A stretch of 64,000 bases of DNA from assembly GCA_965113315.1 (NCBI GenBank), contig OZ220365.1, one strand, 5' to 3'. The notes under the pieces are model-generated. The model did no database searches, was not told the DNA's origin, and saw only the letters and a program-made list of their open reading frames with translations. Below, piece after piece: positions 50,841 to 62,858 of this stretch. Position 1 is the first letter of the stretch; each line of letters starts with the position of its first letter. This DNA is from Podarcis vaucheri (Eukaryota). Both the position numbers and the translations under genes were made by a program.

Positions 50841-52288
50841 CCCATATTATGGATCCATGGTCTGTATTGTTTTATGTATGGGTAGCCTTTAGACTCTGCA
50901 CTTCTCTGAATTGTGCAATAGAGTACAAAGCTGTTCATCTTTTCCAGAATCCAGTGCATTTAGAATCCAGTATATTTAGAAATGTACACTGAGTTAAATT
51001 ATTATTTAAATATTTAAATATGGTTTTATATGGTCTCATATTGGTAAGATATGATTTCATAAGGTGTATTTTGTTTTTCAGTTCAAGATCGGGCCAATTT
51101 TAAGGGCAGCCATTTTTATTTGTTTTAGTAAGGTCCATGGGGCTGCTTGCCAATTGTTTTGCCATTGGCTATTTTTCTTTAAGCTGCTCCCTTCCTTTAA
51201 CTGTTTGTAAATTTTGTTTTTTGCCGTGGGAGTAGGTTCTCACAGCCTGATAGTGAAAAATGTAAATAAACAGTTTAACAAAACATAGGGAAACAGACCT
51301 CACAACAACATATGAACTTTTGGCAGCCTACCCCTGAAAATTGATAATTTTTGCTTCTGCAAATGGAACAGTGCATTTGGAGGATTAATTCTGCCTGACC
51401 CTTGTCACACACACTTTCTTAGAAGTCAATTTCCCTGAAATAAATGGAACTTTAACTGAGTAACTGGGGCATCAGGTTACAGGATACCTTTCTCAACCAT
51501 AGGTTTTCTTTTTCCCTTTCCTGGTATTTCTTCTTTCCCCAGCCCCAAGTCAATAAAAACTAGTTTTCCATGTGATTTGTTTATTGCTATTGCAGAGCTG
51601 CCATAGTTGAAGTGTTTTCGGTACTTTCTCCCCTTCATTCAGATTTATTCAGCTCAGTATATCCTCTCTACCATCAACACCAATGGGTGGTTGTCATATG
51701 GGTTGTCCATATGAACTATGATACTGTGTGATCATATACATGTCTATTCATAAGTCAGTCCCATTGAGTTAAGTGGGACTAGATCCTCATTCAGTATGTC
51801 TAGAACTGCAGCCTAAAATTATAATTGACTGACAGCTAGGAAGAAGCGGATCTGGTTTTTGAGTTGGCATTTTCAATGGCCGGAGAATGATGGTGCACTT
51901 CAGATGCAAATTGCTCTTTTATTTTCACTTCAAGAGCAGCATTACAGAAAGATAATGTAATGTCAGAAGAAAGGTTAGACCTTAAATGTGCCACAAATGT
52001 GTTCATTATTGTACCTTTTTCATTTTGTAGGAACTCTGACAACTGTTATATTGCAAAAAGGGGGCTTTCGGGCTATCAAATGAAACATACGCAATCTGTA
52101 TTAAAATAAATATTGGAGGAGATGAATAAGTGAAATGACAGAATTGTTAAAGGAAAATTGTTTCTCCTATGGAACTTTTTATGGAAAGCATCTTACATTT
52201 GGCAATTACTGGTAAATATCAGTCACACAAGGAAATGATCATAGAAATTATACTGAGCACTTTTTAGGCAGTAGAAAGTGCATTAAAA

Positions 52289-52323
52289 TACTACACTTGA
52301 TCTTAGCCAAAAGGCCAAGCGAT
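52289..52323 (-). pseudogene. U2 snRNA 5' fragment retrocopy
   Basis: Reverse complement ATCGCTT---GGCCTTTTGGCTAAGATCAAGTGTAGTA equals U2 nt 1-38 with a 3-nt deletion. Flanked by TAAAA repeats. Confidence 0.9.
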
Positions 52324-53095
52324 TAAAAGACTATCAAAATAGAATGTTAAAAATATTTAGGTGTTTACATTTTCAACCTGTTCTCGTTTGAATGAGATTC
52401 CAGGGTGTTCTTACAAATATATTGTGCATGTACATGCACACAAATGCACAGACAAATTGAATAAAACGATTAAACATACCAAAGTTTTAAAACTGTAACC
52501 CGATATTAAATACATAAGATAAAAACAGTGACCGTTGTGGATATCCCAATTCCATTAAACATGAACAGCTTGCTCTGTCCCATAAGCCTAACATCTCCAA
52601 ACATCATTTCAAAGCAACTCCTAAAATTCAGTAATGAAGGAGACCACTACACAGCTTGAGAAGAGGAAATTCCACAAACTGGATGTCATGACCAAGACGG
52701 CTGTTGACCATGCTACCACCCACAAACTTTGTTCCTCAGTGGGAGCATGTTAAGGGCCTTGACTTCATATCTGAATGCAGATATTGGGAGGGAGGCTCCA
52801 TCATGTAATTAGAACTCAGGATTTTCAGGGATTTATAGTTCACTGTGCACATCAACTTCCTTAAAACAAACCACTTCCATACTTTGGTTATATCTGACAC
52901 TATCTCCTAGGTAGTTTTTGGTTATGGACATCGGCTCCTGGGGGCCGAGCCACTGTGGACCCTCTCAATTTGTTTTGGGAGGGGATTGGGGGCCTCCCTT
53001 GTTGAGGCTGAATGTAGAGCCGGGTGCAGAACGCTAGGACATTGGGTTGGGTCCACTCAATGTGCTTCAGAATATGGTGCCTGTGGTTATATATA

Positions 53096-53352
53096 CCGTA
53101 TTTTTTGCTCTATAAGACGCACCAGACCACAAGACGCACCTAGTTTTTGGAGGAGAAAAACAAGAAAAAAATATTCTGAATCTCAAAAGCCAGAATAGCA
53201 AGAGGGATTGCTGCGCAGTGAAAGCAGCAATCCCTCTTGCTGTTCTGGCTTCTGCGATAGCTGCGCAGCCTGCATTCGCTCCATAACATGCACACACATT
53301 TCCCCTTACTTTTTAGGAGGGAAAAAGTGAGTCTTATAGAGCAAAAATACGG
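53096..53352. mobile_element. Tc2-like MITE
   Basis: TIR CCGTATTTTT(T)GCTCTATAAGAC / GTCTTATAGAGCAAAAATACGG with TA TSD. Confidence 0.92.
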
Positions 53353-54426
53353 TAAGTTCCATGCTCTCCCCAGGTCCAGATATGGGGATTCTAATTATGA
53401 GAGCATGTACATATAAAAATAATTTAAGAAAATCAGATGGGACCCAATTCATACATTTGCTTCATGTGTAGTGCCTGTCTCACACAATGTCATAAATGCA
53501 CAAGTAGAATGTACACACAGCCTGTTCTTTCCAGCCAACCAAGGATTATTATTTAATGGATTATTAGTATTAATACTATTATCATCAAACACTCATGCCA
53601 AAGACTCATGTATGCAGCTGGGAAATTCTGCTGTATGTTTCACCCCCATACCCACTTTCTGTAACCGCATCAGCGGTGGTCTTCGGGCTGTCAAATTTCA
53701 GGGGTGCCTTGTGCAACGCTAAAATTCAGTGCCCCCCGCCTCTCTCACTTCATTCCACAATATTGTTGTGGCACCCCCTGCGTCGTCCAGTGTGGGTGAA
53801 CCAGCCCTGCTACCCTAAACCCTCCTCTGATAGCATTTCCTACTTGAAAAGCATTGCAACTAAGGAAACAAACAATGCCACTTTGTTAAAATAAAACGAT
53901 CTTGCAAACTGGTGCCTTTACAAACTTAGCATTGCCATTCTATGTACACAAGTAAACGCAGTGCTTATCCTTTGGAATGGGATAAGGAGAAAAATGATCT
54001 GTTTCAGAGCAAATTGTTGAAAAGCGTTCAGTTAGCAATCGAACTCATGATCTAATATATCCCAAAACAGCCATAGGAATTTGGCAGGGCAATGCAGCTG
54101 TATGACAGCATAATAACCACGGAGGAGAAGAGAGCACCATACCCTCAGTCTGCATCAGGCAGCTAAGCAGAAAAATAAGCTTCCTAAAAGTCGACATATT
54201 ATCCAACTCTGAATCAAAGGATATAAAAAATTCTTGAATTAGCAATATGAATCTATGATTCACACTTTCTGGCCAGACACATAACTTGAGCCTATATTTT
54301 AAGGTTGACAAAATGTGTTTTATCTTGCTTTTCTTAAAACAGTTTAGATTAATGAATTTCCAGATTATGAATTTTGCAAAAGAGAGGTGGGGATCCAGAA
54401 GAAAATGTGGATATATATATATATGT

Positions 54427-54776
54427 AAAGGTAAAGGGACCCCTGACCATTAGGTCCAGTTATGGCCGACTCTGGGGTTGCGGCGCTCATCTCACTTTAT
54501 TGGCCAAGGGAGCCGGTGTACAGCTTTCAAGTCATGTGGCCAGCATGACTAAGCCACTTCTGGCAAACCAGAGCAGTGGACGGAAATGCCGTTTACCTTC
54601 CCGCCGGAGCAGTACCTATTTATCTACTTGCACTTTGACGTGATTTCGAACTGCTAGGTGGGCAGGAGCTGGGACCAAACAACGGGAACTCACCCCGTTG
54701 TGGGGATTCGAACCACAACCTTCTGATCAGCAAGTCCTAGGCTCTGTGGTTTAACCCACAGCGCCACCCGCATCCC
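54427..54776 (-). mobile_element. Sauria SINE
   Basis: Full-length copy with ATATGTA at both flanks. Confidence 0.93.
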
Positions 54777-55689
54777 AATATGTATATAAAATTAGGGCTA
54801 CTATTGAAATGTGCTGGCGGATTCTATGCAAGGGAAAATGCCAAGCAGATCCCACTAGAGAATTTGGAAATGGGGACTCAGCAGTCAGCTACAGATTTCA
54901 CCTGGTCCTAATGGATTTTGTAACAGTGGCCTCATGATTTCAGCATGTGCAATATTATAATTTTTGTGTGCTTCTCTTGCAGGATCACTATGCAACCTAC
55001 AGGATGGTGTTTCTAGATATTTCATTATTCTTCTGGATATGTCTGTAGGTGTCTAGCTAAGCCGAACACATAAGCTATGATATGCTGTTCCATTGCAATA
55101 AGTAGAAACTTCCCCCTGAATTAGAAGGACTAAATCTAGCTATTCTAGCTGCTACTGATTTTCCCCTGGCACCTACTCCATTACCTTTTCAGCCATACTT
55201 TATACCAAAAGAGTATAAAGAGTCATGGTGGTCATGACTAGACAGATCTTTGGCTATATAGATAATTAAAATACATTCTGGTTCTTCATTAACCTAGCAT
55301 CCAGCTTAATATCTCAAGATTTTGACCCCTTTTAATGGACTCTTAATGCCGACTTGTTTTTTTCCATTTCCCCCAGACCATTATCAATGCTTCTTTGATG
55401 TGCTGTTTTTATTTTATTTATTTTTTAAATGATTGTTTTTATCCCTTGGGAGGCAGGACATTTTTTGAAGGGCAGAATGCAAATCTTGCCCTTCAAAAAT
55501 GTCAAAAGCTCTCCATTAACTGTAACTACCATTAACTACTCCATTAACTACCAATAGTGTAGTCTTTATGATTAAACAAATGCTGAATCTTCTTTACTAT
55601 ATATGTTCTGGTAAGAAATGCTTAACAATGCAGTACATGGGGCTCAGTTATGGACCAGAAGCACCTGCTCAATTCATCAAGCTTTTACA

Positions 55690-56730
55690 TGCCTGCTTGA
55701 CACACTTGGAAAAGACAGATTACTTGGATCCATTTTAATGTAGCTTCAAGTCTGATCATGGCACACTGAAACCACATTGGTCACCCTAGTTGATAGCATT
55801 TGTCAGAAGAAAGATGGGTGGTTGCGCCCCGAGGCCCCTAAGCCCTTCCCTAGTAAATAAATTCAAATGGACGCATAATTTTAGTTCAAGTTTTTGGGCA
55901 GAATTTTGGCCACAACTTTCTTGATTAGAAAACAAATTGAGTGGTATTGGCCTAGACATTGGTCAGAGACTATAACTGACTCCCGCCTCTCTGGCAGGCA
56001 GTCTAAAAGGGTAAACACCAAGCACGGGAGCAACATCGGTGAAGATCAATTGAAGTTTACCCTGGGGTTCCTGGGGTCCTGGCATGGCCCTAGCCCCTCA
56101 AGCGGAATACCCTAATTCTGGAGGGGCAGGTGATGGTCACACCTCCCCTCCCCCACAATTCTATAAACCAATGCCTAACCGCCACAGGACCCTAGTGCTC
56201 GCTGCCATTACCCTCACCTTGCAACCAGTCCTTTAAGCCATCACGGACTTCAGCCAACCACACATCATTACCTTCGTCAGATAAATGCACTCCATCTGCC
56301 CTAAACAGGGCTGCATTAGAGAATGCAATGCCTGGGTGGGGGATCACCCTGCTACCCATGGATAACACCTTCCGCACTACCTTGCAGTCTACCCACTTCT
56401 GGGCATTATTTGTTGCAACTGGGTTAATGCTATTGCGCCAAAAGTGCCTCATGAGGAAACATGACCCAAAAATTAATGTGCCCCACCCACATCGCACTGC
56501 CGCATTTATAGGACTCTGGGATCATGCCACCTGCTTCACTTGGCCCAACCAGCCAGGCACGATCCCAGGGCCCAACTGACAAGGCTTGGGCCACGCCTAG
56601 TAACAACTCACCCCGTGGGGGTGGCTTAAGGGGCCTGAGCGCAACCAGGACCCTCAATTTAGGAGGATCCCATAAACCAACCCATCTTGTTCTTCTTGAG
56701 CTCTTGGCAGTTTTTGATACCATTGTATCA
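55690..56730 (+). mobile_element. old L2 RT fragment split by a nested insertion
   Basis: LEKTDYLDPF*..F...ETTLVTLVD..QKKDG (to 55820) continues as THLVLLELLAVFDTI (from 56678), collinear with the L2 at ~47170-47330. Confidence 0.78.
55821..56677 (-). mobile_element. non-autonomous tyrosine-recombinase-type (Ngaro/DIRS-like) element carrying an SGNH hydrolase C-terminus
   Basis: LFRADGVHLSDEGNDVW is SGNH block V (DxxH). TATAAA near the 5' end, a subterminal inverted repeat, no TSD and no poly(A). The Ngaro assignment is inferred from the known hydrolase of vertebrate Ngaro elements. Confidence 0.68.
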
Positions 56731-56789
56731 TTCTGGATTACTCCCCCCCCAAAAAAACAAACAAACAAACTCTCAACCAGAGCAGTCTT

Positions 56790-56920
56790 ATGAGTACATG
56801 CTTTGCACATGAAAGGTCCCAGGTTTAATCCTACTTCAAACCTTTGAGATTTTCTGCCAGTCATTGTTGACAATACTAAGCTAGACTGACTGGCATTGTC
56901 TAATGCAACATTCTGTGTTA
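56790..56920 (+). mobile_element. old tRNA-derived SINE remnant
   Basis: ATGCTTTGCACATGAAAGGTCCCAGGTTTAATCC resembles a tRNA-Ala anticodon arm plus B box. Confidence 0.5.
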
Positions 56921-58864
56921 CATAAAGGAAGTTCTTCAAAGGAATCCACAGTGCAATCCTACATTTTAATTTTAATTTTTTTTTTTTGAAAATCCTGATA
57001 TATTCAATTGAACTCTCCCATTAGTGAATGTGTACACGATTGAAGCCCTAGTAAGACATCTGCAGCACCCTATTCCTTGAATACCTTACTGAAAGAGATT
57101 ATATATATTAACCAGTGATTTTAACCATAGTGAGTAAAGTTTTCAAAAGTTTCACGTTTTCACAAATATTACATAGCTCTGCAGCAGCTCAGCCAGGCAG
57201 ATTATTCCTCAGAGATGACAGTGATCCATTTTATTAAAACCGAAGTTTTATTTATCATCCAGGGATGACAAGAAGATACTGAATCACTCACTCTGCAACT
57301 CTTATCACAGACCTTGTCTCTGTAATTACCTATTCTAAGTGCACATATAACAGGCCCTCAGGCTTCTAGAACTATCTCTGGCTTCAGGGACAGGCTTTTT
57401 GCTTCTTCTTTTTTACAAACATTTCCCTTAAGGGTTGCCTCTTGAGATTACAACTGACACCAGAAAGGAGGGAGGGGGGAAGGTAGAGGTGCAAAATTCA
57501 AGGAGGGAGAAGGGAATCGAGAGAGAGAAATGTGGGGTTATTAGGGACACTAATTAATGAAGCCACACCACATTTTGCTGCAACAAACTCAATAATATCA
57601 TGTTACAAGGGCTTTGCATTTCTTTTCTACATTGCCTACAGGTATCTGAACATTTGATTTGATAGCACTTAGGACATTAAGGCTGAAACCCTGTACGTCC
57701 TTAGCTGGAAATATTTCCTTCTGTTCACTCATGCTAAACTTGTGGTCCAGATACCATAGCATCTTCTGTTTTCGATGATAACACAAAGGCAAGGAAGAGA
57801 GGCAAAATGCAGTACCCAAACAGCTGCCTTGGGAGAACACATAGAATCCTTCTTGAGACAAGGGTCCAGTTTCCAATGAGGGAGGATAAAGAATTGTTTG
57901 CCAAGGAAGGAAAGGGAAATATAAGCAACTAGGGAAGACACAACCACACACTGACAGCAGCAGACTCCTGCGGCACATGACATAGGATTGGGAAACCTGA
58001 GGTGCAAATTCAAACCCTTGTCAAGGGGGATGTTACCTCACACGCGCTTTTATGTGCCTGGCCAACAAGAGTTATGTTGGACCTGTTGACACCACAGAAG
58101 TGTTCCTTGCCCACTCAGTCATAAGCAGACACATCATGGGACATTTCTCTCTCCTGCCACTGCTTTAAGAACAAGTCATATAAGCAAGTGGACTGCACTA
58201 GAAACCCTAACCTGGTAGAAAATATCAGGTAACATAGACATGGAGGTTTAGCTTTGACCCCACATTACAAATGATTGGGAGAAGCTCCTGCATCCAGAGA
58301 CAAATTTACAGCTGCTTTGCCAGCAGAATTGTGCCTGCACAGCAGAAATGCTTGTGTAGCATCATACCAGTGTTGCGCCTCATAAATGACCGGCATATGG
58401 AAGTTTCCACCATATCCTACAGCCCCACAGCTGGTATAGAGGACGGCTCCCTAATGCTTCAAAATGCTGACAGGTCTAGTTTTGCGCATATATGCATTTA
58501 TGTACACAAGCAATATATTTGGAACAGAAGTGCTGAGAAAGAGGGAACAAATTAACCATCAAAGCAAAAATTTATAAAATTCCAATGTTTTGAACAATTT
58601 GAACTCATTAATGACTCGTCACTTTTGCTGAGCCTAAAAGAGCTTTCTCCAGAGAACAATTAGCTCTTGTCTGAATACAAATATTTTTAAACGCACCTCA
58701 TTCATGTTTGTTTTGTCAATAAAGCAACGACATCTCAGTCTCCCCGAGGTTAATTGCTTGACTTATTAAAGATGCATGATTTTTTGGATTTAAATACACA
58801 TAGCTGACACTTCATTCAGACATTCTTTAAACTTCTTATTAAAAACACCTTTTTCAAAGGACAT

Positions 58865-59380
58865 TTAAAAAACCAGAAGCATTTTTGTTAGGGATTGTAG
58901 GACAAGACCTGCCAAGGAAAACAAAGAATTTATTTACATATTCAACAGCAGCGGCAAGAGTCTTGATAGCACAAGGATGGAAGAATGAGGAAACTCTGAC
59001 AAAAGAACAGTGGCAAGTGAAATTGATGAACTATGCAGAACTGGCTAAACTGACGTACAAATTGCGAGATAAGGACAACTGTGACTTTAAAGAAGAATGG
59101 GAACTTTTCACAAATTACTTAAAAAGACAACAAAATGAATTGGACTCCTTGGCAGGTTTTGAATAAACATACACAAATTTATTGATTGATAATAAGGTGG
59201 ACAGATAATGTGAGGACCTCTATAATTTTATAACATGCAGAGAATAATATGGTTGAGAAATCAGAGAGGAGCTGAGGGAAGTCTCGGGAGGAGGGGAAGG
59301 GGGGGAAGGGGGAAAATAATATGATATGTTTTGATATGTTGAAATTGCTAATAAAAACATTTTTTTAAAAAAAACAAAAA
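58865..59380 (+). mobile_element. L1 3' end fragment
   Basis: KKPEAFLLGI...LFTYSTAAARVLIAQGWK...EQWQVKLMNYAELAKLT...FKEEW, followed by a G-rich 3'UTR, AATAAA and an A tail. Confidence 0.9.
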
Positions 59381-60859
59381 ACACCCCTTTCTTTTTTCTT
59401 TTTGTTCTGCATATACCAGACAATTTCACAGGCTTCTAATCTACAGGAGAATTTGTGTGACTATGCCCCCCCCCATGTCCCATGCTTCTTCCATTAAGGT
59501 GTTTTATGTTTCAACAATGCACTGGTGTATGAGGGTGTCAGAATCAAATATTAGAGGGAAAGCATGTATTCAAATAAACCCTGAATGCTCCAGTGGATTA
59601 AGATCATTCTTGTAGCAAACAAGTCCATACTGCTGTAATTAGAGGAACACAATAAGGGACTTGAAGGGACTGCTGTGGAAAGTTAGAAACCTAAGTTTTC
59701 GGACCCAAGAGATTAAACACAATGCTAATGTGCCCAGACCTGTTATGAAACTTTGAAGAATGAAAACATACTGACCCACAGGCAAGGAATGACAAGCTTA
59801 AATACTTGAATCTATGTATTTAAACACATAGGCTTAGATCTCCTGACATTCTGCTGTAGGAATAAGTGGGAGCAATTATTGCCAATTTCTCCTCCTCCTT
59901 GCAGGTCTCTGCACCCCCTGAAAATGTGCACCACAGGATTGGGAATCCCTCTGGAACTGTATGAAGAGGTGCTGCAGGGTGCAAGTGTAAGGAGGAACTG
60001 GTTATAGAGCTTGTAAAAAAAAGCAAGCACGTTTTCTATATCCAGTGAATAGCTAAGTGCAAAGCAACCAACAACATTCTATTCCTGGAACACCTAAAGA
60101 AGTCGAATGCCACATGAATCAACAACAAGGTCAGAGCAATACCATCAACACCTTGTGGCTTGTTCTTTTGCTAGAAGAACATATTCCAGTGTCAGAGGCA
60201 CTGCCAATCCACAGTCATGCATTATACATTTTGGCAGGACTTACCGCAGTAATCACGGCACCCTTTTACATTGCAAACTTATACGAAAGGCTATTTCTGC
60301 TTAGATAAATAGATGTCAATATTATCGGGCAGCCAGGATACAGAATGATTTGAGAAATAAAGACGAGGGTGCCACAGAAAAGGGCAGCAAAACATGCATT
60401 GCTAATGCATGGCCTTCAGCAATATTTTTATTTATTTACTTATTATACTCCAAGCGTGGAATCATAGAATACATTAATATTCCACACAGCATTTTGGAAA
60501 AAGAAAACATCTGCCCCATAACAGTTATTTAAAAAAACATTAGCAATATGCAAACAATAAACAAAACTATACTCCCACCCTACTAGCAGATAAAAATCAA
60601 AACTCAACACTGGCCCCCTTCTCCATAATCCAAAAACCCTTCACACCAACCTGGCATTTCCCCCCTCCTTTTTATCATCGCCACCTCACCCAGAACCCAG
60701 AATCAAGACCAGCAGCAGTACATCCATGGTGGGTTGGTCCAGGGTTCTCCAGGAATGGTCCAGCAACTCTTCTCCTTTCAGATGCATTTCTGACAACTGG
60801 ATTTCCTTGAAAACCAATGGCACTGATATGCACCAGTAGACTCTTAAGTTCAGTTGACG

Positions 60860-61450
60860 TCAATGGGGTTTATGCTGCGATCCAAACCCCTTCCATGTTG
60901 TGCTGGTGTGTCTATTCCACAAATAGACGTAGCTGTCTCTCCACCCAGTCCTGCCAGCCTCATGTAGCCTCGCCCTGAGGATTGACACCAGTATCACGGC
61001 ACTGGTGCAGGATCGTCCATTCTGCCCACCAAATGAATTCGTACCAGAAGCACCAGACAGGAAGCCAAGAAACAGGGAATTTTGGAGTGTGGAGTGGAAC
61101 AGGAGCCGAGAACCTACAGGTCTGAACAATGTGCTGCCTGTGGTCTGTCCACCTCCCCTCCTTGTGTTTTACCCCTCTGTGCAAGCTGGGCGACAGAAGT
61201 GGAGTGTGTGCCTCCTGGCCAGCCGGGCTAGGTGAGGCGCTTGGGCTCTCAAAAGCATCTTTGAGCCCTCTCCTCGCATGGCTGGCCCCTTCCCTCTCTT
61301 CTCCACTGGAAGTGTGGGGAAAGCTTTCCCCACCGCTGGATGGGGAACTGCTCCTCAGAAGTTTCTGCGGCTCGCTGTATCCCAGCGGCATCCCTGCCTC
61401 CCTCCCCTGTTCCGATGGCAAGTCCCCTGGCACCTCAAAGGCTCAAAATT
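60860..61450 (-). mobile_element. GC-rich repeat, possibly a Gypsy-type LTR remnant
   Basis: Abrupt GC-rich block with low-complexity S/E/P/R ORFs. Termini not resolved. Confidence 0.3.
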
Positions 61451-61954
61451 GGTAAGAATGCCTAGAAATAAGACGCAAACTAGCAGTTTAGATTTCATTG
61501 AATATTAAAATCATTTCCAGGGATTGGAATACATGACCCTTGGGGGTCCCTTCAAGCTCTACAATTCTACAATGCTATGATTAATAAAACACAGAATTAA
61601 AATAGCCACGTCATTGAACCATGCCCTGCAAAAGCCGAATGTTGGCTTTTATTTGGTTGCGAACTGCCTTAGTATTTATTCTTGAAAAGGCAGGCAGGAT
61701 ATAAAATGTATTAATCATCACCATCCACAGATATCCTTTCTTGCCCCTAGGGGGGTACTCTAAACCACTTCTGAAGTGACAGATTTGCAGCCAGACGATG
61801 ATGCCAATCCCAAAAGTGTGCGAAAGTGCTGCATTTATGATTTAGATTTGGTTCACGAGACAGTGGTTTCTACAGTTATGAGAAAGAACCATGCAGGGGC
61901 TATCCTCTAGACAGAAAGTGATATTCAGATATATTGAATATCATTTGGTAAAAT

Positions 61955-62094
61955 GGCTTTTCTTTTCTTTTCAGTTGGAACTCACTGGAACTCAATTCTG
62001 GCACTCCTCAGGTGGGCGCCATTGCCATTCTAAGAGATTGAAGGATGTGTTTGTAGTGAGTTCTGGCACCTCTTTTTCGAGAAAAACAGTAGTG
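61955..62094 (-). mobile_element. short non-autonomous DNA transposon, copy 3
   Basis: Reverse-complement similarity to 7930-8066 (CAGGTGGGCGCCATTGCCATT, TCTTTTTCGAGAAAAA). Confidence 0.6.
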
Positions 62095-62777
62095 GGCATA
62101 TCCTTTTCAGTGAGACAAAAATGATGGGGGGGGGACTATGGAGAGCTATTGTTGCACAGAGAACAGTCAAGGTGGCAAGGGGAATTCTGTTATTCCATGT
62201 AGATGCAGAGTGATGGAGCTTTTAATGCCTGAACATAACAAACACAATAGTAGGATATAAGGAACAAACTAGGTCATGCACTAGAAATATAGTTACAGAC
62301 TACTGCTAACAACCACAGGACAGAAGACAATGCCAATGGCCTAAATTGCAGCCCATTGTGAAGCACCTGAGTTTGAAGCCAACCAAAGTGGAACACCCAG
62401 AAATGACCCAAAGGCAGAGAAGGGAAATTATGGCACCACTACACTCCTTGAATTGGCACAATATTTTGACTCAGCCGAAACATCAGCACAGTACATAATT
62501 CATCGGCCATTTCAGCAGTAAACTTGTATCACGTTTTTCAGCAATTCCAGTCATTTAGGCGTGCACATTTCTCACTTGATGACCTCCGCAGCGCCACACC
62601 CTGAATGTGCAATCACAGGTCAAGTATTGCACATTACTACAAATGAAATGCTATTATTAAGTACAAGTAGTCCTGCGTTAAACATGGGCAATTAAGTAAT
62701 GAAAAATAAAGTTGTTCTAGTAGTGAAACAGCTGTTATTTGCTAGTGCCAGAATTTTTATGCCTGGTTTTTACACCA

Positions 62778-62858
62778 CAATCCTACAAACACCTACTCAA
62801 AAGTAAGTCCTGTTGAGTTCAATGGTGCTTATCTCCAGATAAAAAAGACTAGGGCTGT
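62778..62858. repeat. short imperfectly palindromic interspersed repeat (related copies near 3595, 51730, 56950)
   Basis: Shared (CAATCCTA)..TACTCA.AAGTAAGTCC..TTGAGTT.A.TGG...GGATTG/GGCTG layout. Confidence 0.5.

Noticed and set aside
60960-61433. 157-aa ORF as another CSMD1 exon or a host gene
   Set aside because: Low complexity, no CUB or sushi motifs, no convincing splice context, and probably repeat-derived.
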